DNA from: Dehalococcoidia bacterium
GTDB lineage: Bacteria > Chloroflexota > Dehalococcoidia > Lucifugimonadales > UBA3495
DNA: 64,000 nucleotides
Direction: 5' to 3'
Assembly (NCBI GenBank): GCA_034428715.1
Contig: DAOUHE010000096.1
Coordinates: 2,915 to 66,914, forward strand
Numbering within the stretch: position 1 is the stretch's first letter; every line of letters starts with the position of its first letter. The notes below the pieces were generated by a model, which was not told the DNA's origin, searched no databases, and was given only the letters and a program-made list of their open reading frames with translations. Shown in pieces: positions 35,059 through 44,920 of the stretch. Position numbers and translations under genes: made by a program.

Positions 35059-36750
35059 CTACCCCCGCTGAGACCGGGCCCAGGAGTCACGCAACGAGAC
35101 CGTGCGGTTGAAGACCAAAGCATGGGGCTTTGAATCTACCGAGTCCACGCAGAAATATCCCTGTCGAAGAAATTGGTACCTGCTGCCAGGCTCGGCGCCT
35201 GCCAGACTCGTCTCCACACGGCATCCGGTCAGGATTTCCAAGGAGTTGGGGTTCAGCCAATCGGCCAGGTCGTCGCTTTCCCCTTCTTCGCCGGGGTTGG
35301 GGCTGGCGAACAGGTGATCGTACAGCCTGATCTCAGCGGGTAGCGAGTGGGCCGCCGACACCCAGTGAGATGTTCCCCGGACCTTGCGCCGGTCTTCGGA
35401 AGTCCCGCCCTTGGTTTCCGGGTCGTAGGTGCAATGAAGCTCCAACACGTCGCCGGTTTGCTCGTCTTTGACCACGTCCACGCAGGTGATGTAATAGGCG
35501 TCCTTCAGCCGGATCTCCCTCCCCGGCGCCAACCGGTAGAACCTGCTGGGCGGGTCCTCCATGAAGTCGTCTTGCTCGATGAAGATCTCCCTCGAGAATG
35601 ACATCTGGCGAGTTCCCGCGTCAGGGTCCTCGGGGTTGTTTTGGGAGATCAGTTCCTCCACTTGGCCCTCTGGGTAGTTGTCGATGATGATCTTCAGGGG
35701 CTTTAGCACCGCCATCACCCGGGGGGACCGCCGGTTCAGGTCCTCCCGTATGCTGTTTTCCAGCATGGCGGCCTCCACCGTGGTGTCCCGCCGGGCCACG
35801 CCCACCCGCTCGCAAAAATCCCGAATCGCCTCGGGTGTGTAACCGCGGCGGCGAAGACCGGAAAGGGTGGGCATTCTGGGGTCGTCCCATCCATCGACGT
35901 GGCCGTCCTCAACAAGTTGGTGCAGCCGCCGTTTGCTCAGCAGGGTGTGTGTGATTTTCAACCTGGCAAACTCTATCTGCTGAGGGCGGTGTATCTCCAG
36001 CCGGTTCAACAGCCAGTTGTAAAGGGGCCGGTGGTCTTCAAACTCCAGGGTGCAGAGGGAATGGGTGATGCCCTCTATAGAGTCGGACTGGCCATGGGCA
36101 AAATCGTACGTCGGGTAGATGCACCAATCGTCTCCGGTGCGGTCGTGAGGTATCTTGAGGATACGGTACAGCGCCGGGTCCCGCATGTTTAGGTTGGGCG
36201 ATGCCATGTCGATCTTGGCCCGCAAAACATGGGAACCCTCATCATATTCCCCCGCCCGCATTCGCGGGAGAAGGTCCAGGTTCTCGTTGATGGTTCGGTC
36301 CCGGAAAGGGCTGTCTATCCCCGGTTCGGTCAAGGTGCCCCGGTATTCGCGCATCTCCTGAGGGCTCAGATCGCAGACGTAGGCATGTCCATCCCGAATC
36401 AATTGAACGGCGAACTGATAGAGTTGCTCAAAATAGTCGGAGGCATAGTAGATTTGCCCTGCCACATCAAAACCGAGCCATTCAACGTCTTGCTTGATCG
36501 ACTCCACAAACTCGACTTCTTCCCGGCCAGGGTTGGTGTCGTCAAAACGCAGGTGGCAGACGCCGCCGGGGTTTTCGGCTGCTATGCCAAAGTTCAGGCA
36601 GATGGCTTTAGCATGGCCGATGTGCAGGTAGCCATTGGGTTCCGGCGGGAACCGGGTGACCACCATACCGCCGTTTTTATTTGACTCGATGTCAGCGGCC
36701 ACTATTTGGCGGATGAAATCAGAAGGCGCAACGATGTTCGCTTCGATCAT
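35059..36750 (-). CDS. glnS: Glutaminyl-tRNA synthetase
   Basis: [26 protein letters not shown] (HIGH) and LLSKRRL (KMSKS variant), with a GlnRS-type anticodon-binding C-terminus. Confidence 0.9.
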   Translation of the reverse strand: MIEANIVAPSDFIRQIVAADIESNKNGGMVVTRFPPEPNGYLHIGHAKAICLNFGIAAENPGGVCHLRFDDTNPGREEVEFVESIKQDVEWLGFDVAGQIYYASDYFEQLYQFAVQLIRDGHAYVCDLSPQEMREYRGTLTEPGIDSPFRDRTINENLDLLPRMRAGEYDEGSHVLRAKIDMASPNLNMRDPALYRILKIPHDRTGDDWCIYPTYDFAHGQSDSIEGITHSLCTLEFEDHRPLYNWLLNRLEIHRPQQIEFARLKITHTLLSKRRLHQLVEDGHVDGWDDPRMPTLSGLRRRGYTPEAIRDFCERVGVARRDTTVEAAMLENSIREDLNRRSPRVMAVLKPLKIIIDNYPEGQVEELISQNNPEDPDAGTRQMSFSREIFIEQDDFMEDPPSRFYRLAPGREIRLKDAYYITCVDVVKDEQTGDVLELHCTYDPETKGGTSEDRRKVRGTSHWVSAAHSLPAEIRLYDHLFASPNPGEEGESDDLADWLNPNSLEILTGCRVETSLAGAEPGSRYQFLRQGYFCVDSVDSKPHALVFNRTVSLRDSWARSQRG

Positions 36751-38252
36751 TTTACGTTCGCTCCCGCCGCTGAAAGGCGTTCAGCGGCCTTCGCCACCCG
36801 CCGCACCACCAAGTCCCGGCCCAAGACTTCTATCGTCTCGAAAAGGGGCGGGGTGGCTTTGCGTCCCGTGACCGCCGTCCGGAGCACACCAAAAAACTGC
36901 CTTGGAGTTAACCCCAGACCCTCGGCTACGTCCCGCAGAGATTTTTCCAACTCCTGATCATGAAAGTCCGGGACCTCGGCCAGGCAATTCAAGGACCTGG
37001 TTAACGCGTCCAGGGTCGACTCCCGAACCATTCCCTTTTGGATCAAAGACTCTGGGTCGTTGTCGGGTTCATAGTCAATCTCGTCCTGGAAAAAGTAACC
37101 GGTGCGGTCCCAAACCTCCGATAGAAGTTTGATGCGTTCTTGTATCAGTGGAACGATCTTCAGCCAATAATCCTGGTCGACAGGAACCATTTCCCCCAGA
37201 TCGTTATTCTCCATCTCCCTGGCCAGAAAAGGCGCCGTCATATCCGCCAAGTCGCTGGAGTCCATCTCGCGGATGTAGACCCCGTTCATCCAAGCTAGCT
37301 TTTCCTGGTCGAAGATCGCCCCGGAGCGGCTCACCCGGCGCAGATCGAAATTTTCCACCACTGTTTGGCGAGTCATCACTTCCGTCTTATCGTCCAAGGA
37401 CCATCCTAAAAGCACCATGAAGTTGGCCGTGGCCTGAGGCAGGTACCCCATGTCCCTATATTCCAATATAGAAGTTGCCCCATGGCGCTTGGACAGCTTT
37501 TCCCGGTCCGGGCCCAGGATCATCGGCAGATGGCCAAACTTGGGCGGCGGGTAGCCCAGGGCGCCATAGATATGCAGGTGCCGCGGCGTGCTGGGCAGCC
37601 ACTCTTCGGCCCGTAGGACGTGGCTGATCTTCATCTCATGGTCATCGACCACCACGGCCAGGTGGTAGGTGGGAAACCCGTCGGACTTCATGATGACAAA
37701 ATCGTCCAACAAGCTGTTCTGCCATTCCACGTAGCCGCGAATCTCGTCTTGAACCCCGATGACACCCGAATCAGGCATGGCGAACCGGATCACGGACGCC
37801 CCGCCACCGGCTTCCATTTCGCTACGCTCCCGTTCCGTCAGGGACCGGCACCTGCCATCGTAGCCCGAGGGAGCGTTGCGGGCGCTCTGCTCTTTACGCA
37901 TCTGATCCAGACGTTCCCGGGAGCAGTAGCAGCGGTATGCCCTCCCGTTTTCCACCAGGACGTCGGCCGCCTTTTGATACAACTCTAGGCGTTCTGACTG
38001 GAAATACGGGCCGTACGGACCGCCGACTTCGGGGCCTTCGTCCCAATCTATGTCCAGCCATCTCAAGCCGTCCAGTATGGCTTCCACCGCGCCGGGCACC
38101 AATCTTTCTTGATCGGTGTCTTCGATGCGAACCAGGAACTCACCACCGTGATGCCGGGCGAATAGCCAGTTAAACAGGGCGGTGCGAATGTTGCCAATGT
38201 GTGGCTCGCCGGTAGGGCTGGGAGCGTACCGGACGCGGACGTGTTCCGCCAA
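36747..38252 (-). CDS. gltX: Glutamyl-tRNA synthetase
   Basis: [29 protein letters not shown] and KLSKRHG. Overlaps the glnS start by 4 nt. Confidence 0.9.
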   Translation of the reverse strand: MAEHVRVRYAPSPTGEPHIGNIRTALFNWLFARHHGGEFLVRIEDTDQERLVPGAVEAILDGLRWLDIDWDEGPEVGGPYGPYFQSERLELYQKAADVLVENGRAYRCYCSRERLDQMRKEQSARNAPSGYDGRCRSLTERERSEMEAGGGASVIRFAMPDSGVIGVQDEIRGYVEWQNSLLDDFVIMKSDGFPTYHLAVVVDDHEMKISHVLRAEEWLPSTPRHLHIYGALGYPPPKFGHLPMILGPDREKLSKRHGATSILEYRDMGYLPQATANFMVLLGWSLDDKTEVMTRQTVVENFDLRRVSRSGAIFDQEKLAWMNGVYIREMDSSDLADMTAPFLAREMENNDLGEMVPVDQDYWLKIVPLIQERIKLLSEVWDRTGYFFQDEIDYEPDNDPESLIQKGMVRESTLDALTRSLNCLAEVPDFHDQELEKSLRDVAEGLGLTPRQFFGVLRTAVTGRKATPPLFETIEVLGRDLVVRRVAKAAERLSAAGANVK

Positions 38253-38387
38253 AACAAACTCCTATGGTTTCAACAATTCTAACACGATAGAACGCGGCCT
38301 TCAGGCGTATATCCCCGGGCCGGTATCCAGGGATGACGAGCGGCGGTCTATTTGGTCAACCGCCCGTATGTGGATGAAGACCGTAGA

Positions 38388-38405
38388 GGCACGGCATGCC
38401 GTGCC
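38388..38405. repeat. REP-like perfect palindrome GGCACGGCATGCCGTGCC
   Basis: Read directly. An extended copy lies at 43323-43350. Confidence 0.85.
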
Positions 38406-38464
38406 CGAACCGTTGGTTGGAGCTTAACCTTGATTTGTATCCCATTATTGCGGCCACGGTCCAC

Positions 38465-38492
38465 GTAGGGGCGCACGGCCGTGCGCCCCTAC
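38465..38492. repeat. REP-like 28-nt perfect palindrome GTAGGGGCGCACGGCCGTGCGCCCCTAC
   Basis: Overlaps the rluD stop codon (38489-38491). A near-identical copy lies at 43384-43411. Confidence 0.85.
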
Positions 38493-39433
38493 CGTTTGGG
38501 TCCTGCCAATCTCAACTCTTCCACCACCGAGGCTAATTCAGGCGGTAATTCCGACCGGAACTCAACCTCTTCATCCGTGGAAGGGTGCCGGAATCTCAGG
38601 TGATAGGCGTGGAGGAAGTGCCGGTTCAGAGATTGGCTGGCCCGGCCGTAGACGCCGTCGCCGTACAAGGGATGCCCCGTGTAGGCCAGGTGGACCCGAA
38701 TCTGATGGGTCCGCCCAGTCTCCAGGAAGAGTTCCAACAGGCTCCAGCCATTCAGAGTTTGGACCACCCGGTAGCGGGTCCGGGCCTCCCTGCCTCCCAC
38801 CACCACGGCCATCTTTTTCCGGTTTCTGGGGTCCCGGCCCACCGGTGCGTCTATTAAGCCGGATTCCTGCTCCATCACGCCAGATGCCAGCGCCAAATAT
38901 CCCTTGGTGACCTGCCTATCTTTGATTTGCGCCGAAAGATTCAGGTGGGCGGCGTGGCTTTTGGCAACCATCATCAGGCCCGAGGTGTCCTTGTCCAACC
39001 GGTGAACGATGCCCGGCCTGATCTCGCCGCCGATCCCCTGTATCCCCGGACACAGGGCCAGCAACGCGTTGACCAAGGTGTGGTCTGGATGGCCGGGTCC
39101 CGGATGAACCGACAGACCGGAGGGTTTATCGATGACCACCAGATCGTCGTCTTGGAACACCATCGTCAACGGCATCCACTGGGGCACTACCTCGGTTGGA
39201 CGGGGGGCCGGAACCGTTAGTGAGACCTGGTCCCCAGTCCGCACTCTTTGCGACCCCTTGGCAGCCTGTCCGTTGAGCAAAGCGTGGCCGTCATTTATCA
39301 GCCTGCGCAACTGGCTCCGGGTTAGGCCCAAGTCCTGGCCCGCCAGAAAAAGGTCTAGCCGTTCCGCCGCAGCAAGGGCTTTCAGGTCGAAGACCTTTGG
39401 GGATTCACCAGTTGAAGCGAAGGTCCCAGTCAT
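38489..39433 (-). CDS. rluD: RluA/RluD-family 23S rRNA pseudouridine synthase
   Basis: N-terminal S4 domain (RLDLFLAG..SRSQLRRLINDGHALLNG) and catalytic HRLDKDTSGLMMVAK. Confidence 0.9.
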   Translation of the reverse strand: MTGTFASTGESPKVFDLKALAAAERLDLFLAGQDLGLTRSQLRRLINDGHALLNGQAAKGSQRVRTGDQVSLTVPAPRPTEVVPQWMPLTMVFQDDDLVVIDKPSGLSVHPGPGHPDHTLVNALLALCPGIQGIGGEIRPGIVHRLDKDTSGLMMVAKSHAAHLNLSAQIKDRQVTKGYLALASGVMEQESGLIDAPVGRDPRNRKKMAVVVGGREARTRYRVVQTLNGWSLLELFLETGRTHQIRVHLAYTGHPLYGDGVYGRASQSLNRHFLHAYHLRFRHPSTDEEVEFRSELPPELASVVEELRLAGPKR

Positions 39434-39436
39434 GGG

Positions 39437-40099
39437 TCAACCGCCAGAATTATCTTGAGCCATTTCCTTGAATCCGCATGACGAGCATTTTCTTCCGCCG
39501 TATAGGCTCAGCATCTCCCCAGCGCACACCTTGCACCGCGGGAGTTGAAGACCCAATCTAGGAATTGGTGCCAGAGTTGATTCCTGCCGGTGTTGGGTTT
39601 GGCCGGCGCGGTCCTGGATCAAAAACAGCCAACCCAACATGACGAGACCGGTGACTATGGAAGCGTCGGCGACGTTGAACACCGGCCATGGTCCTACGTC
39701 CATAAAATCGGTGACGTGCCCCAGCAAAAACCGGTCCAGTAGGTTCCCGGCGGCTCCGCCCAATTGCAAGCCGATGCTCAACCGCAGCAAAGGTCTGGGG
39801 TGTTGCTGGCTGCGGAAGATCATCAGCAGAACGATTATGCCCACGATAGAGGCAAAGATAAGTGCCGTGTTTTGATCCTGAAAGATCCCAAATGCGCTGC
39901 CGGTGTTGTGAGTATGCGTGAAGCGAAGGAACCCGTCACGGGGAAAAGAAAACCGAAACGGCAGGAACTCTCGAACTAAATACTTGGTGAACTGGTCGCA
40001 CAGAAACACCAGGGCGGCCAATTGAATCAGGACCATGTCTTTGTATATGGGCAGTCGGCTAGGGAAAGAAGGACCGGTGGCTTCTTGGATTTTGGCCAT
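39437..40099 (-). CDS. lspA: Lipoprotein signal peptidase II with C-terminal zinc-ribbon extension
   Basis: GGAAGNLLDRFLLGHVTDFMDV..FNVADASI is the LspA core. About 60 extra C-terminal residues contain CKVC..13 aa..CSSC. Confidence 0.85.
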   Translation of the reverse strand: MAKIQEATGPSFPSRLPIYKDMVLIQLAALVFLCDQFTKYLVREFLPFRFSFPRDGFLRFTHTHNTGSAFGIFQDQNTALIFASIVGIIVLLMIFRSQQHPRPLLRLSIGLQLGGAAGNLLDRFLLGHVTDFMDVGPWPVFNVADASIVTGLVMLGWLFLIQDRAGQTQHRQESTLAPIPRLGLQLPRCKVCAGEMLSLYGGRKCSSCGFKEMAQDNSGG

Positions 40100-40105
40100 C
40101 TGGGG

Positions 40106-40759
40106 CTACTTTAGCTGTTGGGCGAAAAACCGGCAGACCTGGGTCGCTAGCTGGTCCGCGTAGCCTCCCCAATTATGGTCGGCGCCTTCCACTATCTGAC
40201 ATTCCGGACGGTTTTTAAATCCGTCCAACGCCGGCGCCAATCCATCGGACTGGACCAGCTTGTCCTTGTCACCGGATATGATGAATACCGGCCCTTTCCC
40301 CTTTTTCAAGGGTGTGCTTTCCACCGCTCTAAGCGGCGGCGAGATAAAGGCTAGGGCTTTAACTTTTTTGTGGGCCGAAGCACTGCCTAAAACCACCGAC
40401 GACCCAAAGGAATACCCCGCTAGGCCCAACCTTTTGCCGTCGACCCCTGGCCAGGCCTTGAGCATTTCCAGAGCGCTTAGGACGTCGTCGCCTTCCATCT
40501 CTCCCTTGGTGTGCTCACCTTCGCTGTTGCCCACACCACGGAAGTTGAACCGCAGGGTGGCGAAACCTTTCTCCGCCAGAGCAAGGGTAACCGCCAGCAC
40601 CACGTTGTTGTCCATATTTCCGCCAAACAGCGGATGAGGATGGCACATGACCACCGCCGGGAAAGGCCCATTATCGCCTTCGGGCTGAGCCACCACGCCC
40701 TCGAGGGTCAAATCCCCGTTTATGCTCTTGGTCTTAAAAGCGACGGCGCTCTGGCGCAT
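40106..40759 (-). CDS. Alpha/beta hydrolase (COG2945-like)
   Basis: MCHPHPLFGGNMDNNVV, LRFNFRGVGNSEG and nucleophile elbow GYSFGS. Confidence 0.8.
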   Translation of the reverse strand: MRQSAVAFKTKSINGDLTLEGVVAQPEGDNGPFPAVVMCHPHPLFGGNMDNNVVLAVTLALAEKGFATLRFNFRGVGNSEGEHTKGEMEGDDVLSALEMLKAWPGVDGKRLGLAGYSFGSSVVLGSASAHKKVKALAFISPPLRAVESTPLKKGKGPVFIISGDKDKLVQSDGLAPALDGFKNRPECQIVEGADHNWGGYADQLATQVCRFFAQQLK

Positions 40760-40785
40760 TACCGTACCCCCTGGTTATTGAAGTC

Positions 40786-40814
40786 ATGATAGGGAACCCT
40801 GCCAGGTTTGGCAA
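40786..40814 (-). promoter_or_regulatory. Candidate promoter of the hydrolase-lspA-rluD operon
   Basis: The reverse strand reads TTGCCA (40814-40809), a 17-nt spacer, then TATCAT (40791-40786). Confidence 0.45.
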
Positions 40815-40827
40815 GAAATCTGGGAGC

Positions 40828-40855
40828 GGCCGGCTTTCAGCGGTCAGCGGTCATC
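40828..40855 (-). repeat. Heptanucleotide array; reverse strand reads GATGACC GCTGACC GCTGAAA GCCGGCC
   Basis: Lies 14 nt upstream of the candidate -35 of the minus-strand operon. The units are more degenerate than in the other arrays. Confidence 0.7.
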
Positions 40856-40933
40856 GGGTGGCGTCTGCCGTGGTCCAACCAAGGCATTCCTGCTAGAATT
40901 CCGATAGCAAAATCACCGCTTGGGGAGGCCACC

Positions 40934-41980
40934 ATGGACGTCATAGATCTTCGTAGCGATACCATCACTAAACCCACCGATGAAATGCGCCGGGCCATGG
41001 CGGAGGCCGAAGTGGGAGACGACGTTTTCCGCGAGGACCCTTCCATCAACCGGTTGCAGGAAAGGGCGGCGGAACTGATGGGCAAGGAGGCGGGATTGTT
41101 GACGGCCAGTGGCACAATGGGCAACCTGGTGGCCATTTTGACCCACACCCAGCGGGGCGACGAGATCGTGATGGGCGACGAGGCCCATATTTTCTGGAAC
41201 GAGGGGGCCGGGGTTTCGGCCCTGGCGGGGGCGCAAACGCGGTTGGTTCCCAACGGACACCAAGGCAGGATAGACCCTGTCGAACTTGAAGCGGCCATCC
41301 GCCCGCCGGGCAACATTCACTTTCCTCCCACCACTTTGATCTGCCTAGAGAACACCCACAACCGTTGCAGCGGTGGAGTTCTAACCCCCCAGGACACAAA
41401 AGAGATCGCCGATATAGCCCACGCGGCCGGCGCGAAAGTCCACCTGGACGGAGCGCGGATATTCAACGCCGCGGTTTCCCTGGAGGTGCCCGCCAGCGAA
41501 CTGGCCAAAGACGTGGACGACGTGAGTTTCTGCCTGTCCAAAGCCCTGAGTTGTCCGGTGGGCTCGGTGCTTTGCGGGTCAAATGAGTTCATCGACGAAG
41601 CCCGCAGGTGGCGCAAGATGGTGGGTGGAGGCATGCGCCAGGCCGGAATCCTGGCGGCAGCGGGATTGGTGGCCCTGGACAGCATGATCGACCGCCTGGC
41701 CGAAGACCACGCCAACGCCCGGCGCCTGGCCGAAGGCCTGGCCAATATCGACGGCCTGGAAGTGGACCCCGACAGCATCCAGACGAATATAGTGATCTTC
41801 GACGTAGACCATGACCTGGGCCCCTCGGCCAAGCTCATAGCAGCCCTTGACCGGGAGGGCGTGAAAGTCAGCTCGCCAGGCCCCCACGCCATTCGCATGG
41901 TCACCCACCGCCACATTTCCGGCGCAGACGTGGAAGAGGCCGTGGGGCGGGTTTCCCAGGCGGTGAAGGGGTTGCGGTAG
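40934..41980 (+). CDS. ltaE: Low-specificity L-threonine aldolase (PLP-dependent)
   Basis: MDVIDLRSDTITKPTDEMRRAMAEAEVGDDVFREDPSINRLQE and TASGTMGNLVA. ATG at 40934, preceded by GGGGAGG. Confidence 0.85.
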   Translation: MDVIDLRSDTITKPTDEMRRAMAEAEVGDDVFREDPSINRLQERAAELMGKEAGLLTASGTMGNLVAILTHTQRGDEIVMGDEAHIFWNEGAGVSALAGAQTRLVPNGHQGRIDPVELEAAIRPPGNIHFPPTTLICLENTHNRCSGGVLTPQDTKEIADIAHAAGAKVHLDGARIFNAAVSLEVPASELAKDVDDVSFCLSKALSCPVGSVLCGSNEFIDEARRWRKMVGGGMRQAGILAAAGLVALDSMIDRLAEDHANARRLAEGLANIDGLEVDPDSIQTNIVIFDVDHDLGPSAKLIAALDREGVKVSSPGPHAIRMVTHRHISGADVEEAVGRVSQAVKGLR

Positions 41981-41998
41981 GCAGGCTGGGCCCCCGGT

Positions 41999-42060
41999 GG
42001 TTCGACAGGCTCACCACGAGCGGTAATTGTTCAAACCCCGTTCGTCCTGGCCCGTCGAAC
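41999..42060. repeat. REP-like structured element of the 'VVSLSNH' type
   Basis: GGTTCGACAGGCTCACCACGAGCGG..CCGTTCGTCCTGGCCCGTCGAAC. Inverted repeats GTTCGAC/GTCGAAC and ACGAGCGG/CCGTTCGT. The reverse frame translates to ..LVVSLSNH.., a peptide I recall as a common artefact of such repeats. Confidence 0.6.
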
Positions 42061-42157
42061 GCCCAGATACAACCGTCAGTCCATGCCAAAACTCGAAACA
42101 ATCACGACGTTTACCCACAAGATCACTGAACTTTGTAATTAATATGCGAGTAAGCTC

Positions 42158-42748
42158 ATGTCTGATTTGATACCGGATCCCGCCCGGACCGCATTGTTCA
42201 TCGGCGATTTTTACGCGGACATGATGAGCACCCTGCCCCACGCCACGGAGCGGAACGTGATTTCAAACACGGTGAACCTACAACGGGCGGCTCGGGATGC
42301 GGGACTACTCGTGTGTTACTCCGCCACTGTGTTCCGGCCCGGCTATGTGGAGATCAGCAGCCGCAACAAGACTTTTTCCCAGCGCAAGGAATCGGGTCAG
42401 CCGGCGGTGAGCGACCCCACGCAGCTCATCCACGACGCCGTGAAACCAATCGATGGCGAAGTGGTGGTGGGCAAACACCGGGTCAACGCCCTTTACGGCA
42501 CCGGACTGGACGTGGTGCTGCGGGCCAACGACATTGAAACCCTGATCATTCTGGGCTACGCCACCAGTGGAGTGGTATTGTCCACGTTGCGCTACGCCGC
42601 CGACCTGGACTACCGGCTGGTGGTGGTTGAGGATTGTTGCGCCGACCAGCAACCCGACGTCCACGATTTTTTGACCCAGCGCATATTCCCCCGCCAGGCC
42701 GATGTCGTTAGCTCGGGGAAGGTGGTAGATGCACTGGACCGGTCCTAG
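42158..42748 (+). CDS. Isochorismatase-family cysteine hydrolase
   Basis: VVGKHRVNALYGTGLDVVLRANDIETLIILGYATSGVVLSTLRYAADLDYRLVVVEDCCAD. Confidence 0.8.
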   Translation: MSDLIPDPARTALFIGDFYADMMSTLPHATERNVISNTVNLQRAARDAGLLVCYSATVFRPGYVEISSRNKTFSQRKESGQPAVSDPTQLIHDAVKPIDGEVVVGKHRVNALYGTGLDVVLRANDIETLIILGYATSGVVLSTLRYAADLDYRLVVVEDCCADQQPDVHDFLTQRIFPRQADVVSSGKVVDALDRS

Positions 42749-42881
42749 GGGTTAAAAAGCCGCAAGCATTGATTGTCTACCACACCCCCCCGCCGGGAAA
42801 AAGTGAGATGGAAGTCATCTACCCAAACGCGACTTAAAGCTGTTCTTAGCCACCGGGTACTCTTCAGGCAATCGGTCTGTT

Positions 42882-43268
42882 CTATCCTAATGGCGCGTCG
42901 AAGTTCCAGCAGTCCCAGTGCCACTTCCAAGCGCCGTCGGTCTGACGCTTCCAGAGGACTATGAACTTGGCCGAAGCTTGCATCGTTTGGCCGTCCTCAC
43001 CCTGGATTTGGACGGTGGCGGCCCCCCTCTCAACGGCGGTATCCCCCATCTCTTCCAGTTCCAATGTCTGCAGCGAGATTCCCTTGACGCCGATGTTTAT
43101 GATGCTCTGCCATACCTCCTGGCCAGCCTGTCGTCCCGTGAGCGCCAGACTGTCAGGCGGGAGGATCTTGGCATCCTCGGTGTAGACAGCTGCGCACGCG
43201 GCTGCGTCTCCCCGGGCGATAGCAGCATCGAATTGGCGGTTGGTGCTCGATGTACCTTGTGTGACCAT
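42882..43268 (-). CDS. SnoaL-like / DUF4440 (NTF2-fold) protein
   Basis: FDAAIARGDAAACAAVYTEDAKILPP.. and FIVLWKRQTDGAWKWHWDCWN are typical of the NTF2-like fold. Confidence 0.7.
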   Translation of the reverse strand: MVTQGTSSTNRQFDAAIARGDAAACAAVYTEDAKILPPDSLALTGRQAGQEVWQSIINIGVKGISLQTLELEEMGDTAVERGAATVQIQGEDGQTMQASAKFIVLWKRQTDGAWKWHWDCWNFDAPLG

Positions 43269-43322
43269 GTTGGTTTCCCTCCTTGTTTATTAGCCCATCC
43301 AACGGCACTCCGTTCGATTACG

Positions 43323-43350
43323 GCAGGGGCACGGCATGCCGTGCCCCTGC
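43323..43350. repeat. REP-like 28-nt perfect palindrome GCAGGGGCACGGCATGCCGTGCCCCTGC
   Basis: Same core as 38388-38405. Confidence 0.85.
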
Positions 43351-43383
43351 CTCGCGCCAAAATGGCGGTGTGCTTAAGGCCAC

Positions 43384-43411
43384 GTAGAGGCGCACGGCCG
43401 TGCGCCCCTAC
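43384..43411. repeat. REP-like palindrome GTAGAGGCGCACGGCCGTGCGCCCCTAC (one mismatch)
   Basis: Same as 38465-38492 apart from one base. Followed by GTTTGTTTT on the + strand. Confidence 0.85.
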
Positions 43412-43446
43412 GTTTGTTTTCAAACCCTGTCCCACCATGAGTACAT

Positions 43447-44781
43447 CTATGCTTTCCCCCACCACTTCTCCAGCCTTTCCCGAATCTCTTTTTCCGCGCC
43501 TTCCTGGCCCGGCTGGTAAAAGCGGCGGTCTTTCAGCGAGGGCGGCAGGAATTCTTGCTGGACGAAATGGCCCTCGTAATCGTGGGAATAGCGGTAGTCT
43601 TTGCCATAACCCCGGTCCCGCATCAACCCGGTGACAGCGTTGCGCAGGTGGAGGGGGACGGGCTCGTTGCTCATTTTCCGAACGTCGTCCAGCGCCCGTT
43701 CCAGGCCCATATAGGCCGAATTGCTCTTGGGCGCCGTGGCCAGATACACGGTAGCCTCAGCCAAGGGAATACGGCCTTCCGGCATCCCCAGGAAATGCAC
43801 CGCCTGCTGGGCGGCGACGGCCACTGCTAGGGCTTCGGGTTGGGCTAGGCCGATGTCCTCAGCCGCCAGGATCACCAACCGGCGGGCGAGGAACATGGGG
43901 TCTTCTCCCGCCTCGATCATCCGGGCCAGCCAGTACAGCGCGCCGTCGGGCGAGGAGCCACGCACCGACTTGATGAACGCCGAGATGGTGTCGTAGTGTC
44001 CCTCGCCGGCTTTGTCATAAAGGGGCGAACGTCGCTGCAGGGCATCGGATATGGTTTCTAGGTCTATCCGCCGCCGACTCTCCGCATCGGGCTTGGTGGC
44101 GAATACGGCGGTTTCCAGGGCGTTGAGGGCAACCCGGGCATCGCCGTTGGCCACGTTGACCAGTTGCTCCATGGCGTCCGCGTCCAAATCGGCGGCCAAC
44201 TTCCCTAGACCGGTTTCCCGGTGGGACAGCGCCCGGTTGACGATATCCTCCACCTGCTGCGGAGACAAGGCCTCCAATGTAAAGACCCGGCAACGGGAAA
44301 GCAGGGGCGAGATCACCTCGAAGGAGGGGTTTTCTGTGGTGGCGCCGATGAAAGTGACGGTGCCGTCTTCCACATGGGGCAGGATCACGTCCTGTTGGGC
44401 CTTGTTGAATCGGTGGATCTCGTCGACGAAGAGGATGGTCCTTTGCTGGTGCATGGCCTGGTTTTCCCTGGCCTCGCCCACGATTCGCCTCAGGTCGGCC
44501 ACCCCGGAGGTGACGGCGCTGACCGGAGCGAAATTGGCGTTAGTCGCGGCGGCCACTAGCCGGGCCAAGGTTGTCTTTCCACTCCCCGGGGGACCCCAAA
44601 GGATGAACGATGGGAGCCGGTCGGCGGCCAAGGCCTTCCGCAAGACCCTTTCGGCGCCCACAACATGTTCCTGGCCTACAAAGTCGTCAAAGGTGGACGG
44701 CCGCATCCGCTCGGCCAGCGGGGCATCTTCGGCGGCCCTGCGCCGCCGGTCATGTTCGAAAAGGGATTCGGCTTGGGCCAT
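43447..44781 (-). CDS. rarA: Replication-associated recombination protein A (AAA+ ATPase)
   Basis: LWGPPGSGKTTLARLVA (Walker A), ILFVDEIHRFNKAQQD, and the MgsA C-terminal domain (YDTISAFIKSVRGSSPD). Confidence 0.9.
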   Translation of the reverse strand: MAQAESLFEHDRRRRAAEDAPLAERMRPSTFDDFVGQEHVVGAERVLRKALAADRLPSFILWGPPGSGKTTLARLVAAATNANFAPVSAVTSGVADLRRIVGEARENQAMHQQRTILFVDEIHRFNKAQQDVILPHVEDGTVTFIGATTENPSFEVISPLLSRCRVFTLEALSPQQVEDIVNRALSHRETGLGKLAADLDADAMEQLVNVANGDARVALNALETAVFATKPDAESRRRIDLETISDALQRRSPLYDKAGEGHYDTISAFIKSVRGSSPDGALYWLARMIEAGEDPMFLARRLVILAAEDIGLAQPEALAVAVAAQQAVHFLGMPEGRIPLAEATVYLATAPKSNSAYMGLERALDDVRKMSNEPVPLHLRNAVTGLMRDRGYGKDYRYSHDYEGHFVQQEFLPPSLKDRRFYQPGQEGAEKEIRERLEKWWGKA

Positions 44782-44796
44782 TTGGCTTCGCCTCCT

Positions 44797-44827
44797 AGCA
44801 GTCAGCTATCAGCGCTCAGCTTTCAGC
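44797..44827 (-). repeat. Heptanucleotide array; in rarA sense reads GCTGAAA GCTGAGC GCTGATA GCTGACT GCT
   Basis: Abuts the SD AGGAGG (44796-44791), which is followed by 9 nt and then the ATG at 44781. Same layout as 25525-25555. Confidence 0.85.
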
Positions 44828-44903
44828 CACAAAGGGGGATGATTTCGTTAGTTAAAGATCGGCTGTCATCATAACCTAAGCTAAGGTATCGGAAATATTT
44901 CGA

Positions 44904-44920
44904 GCTGATATCTGACTGCT
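44904..44920 (+). repeat. Short heptanucleotide array GCTGATA TCTGACT GCT, inverted partner of 44797-44813
   Basis: Its reverse complement AGCAGTCAGATATCAGC matches AGCAGTCAGCTATCAGC (44797-44813) at 16 of 17 positions. Overlaps the stop codon of the LLM gene. Confidence 0.75.
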
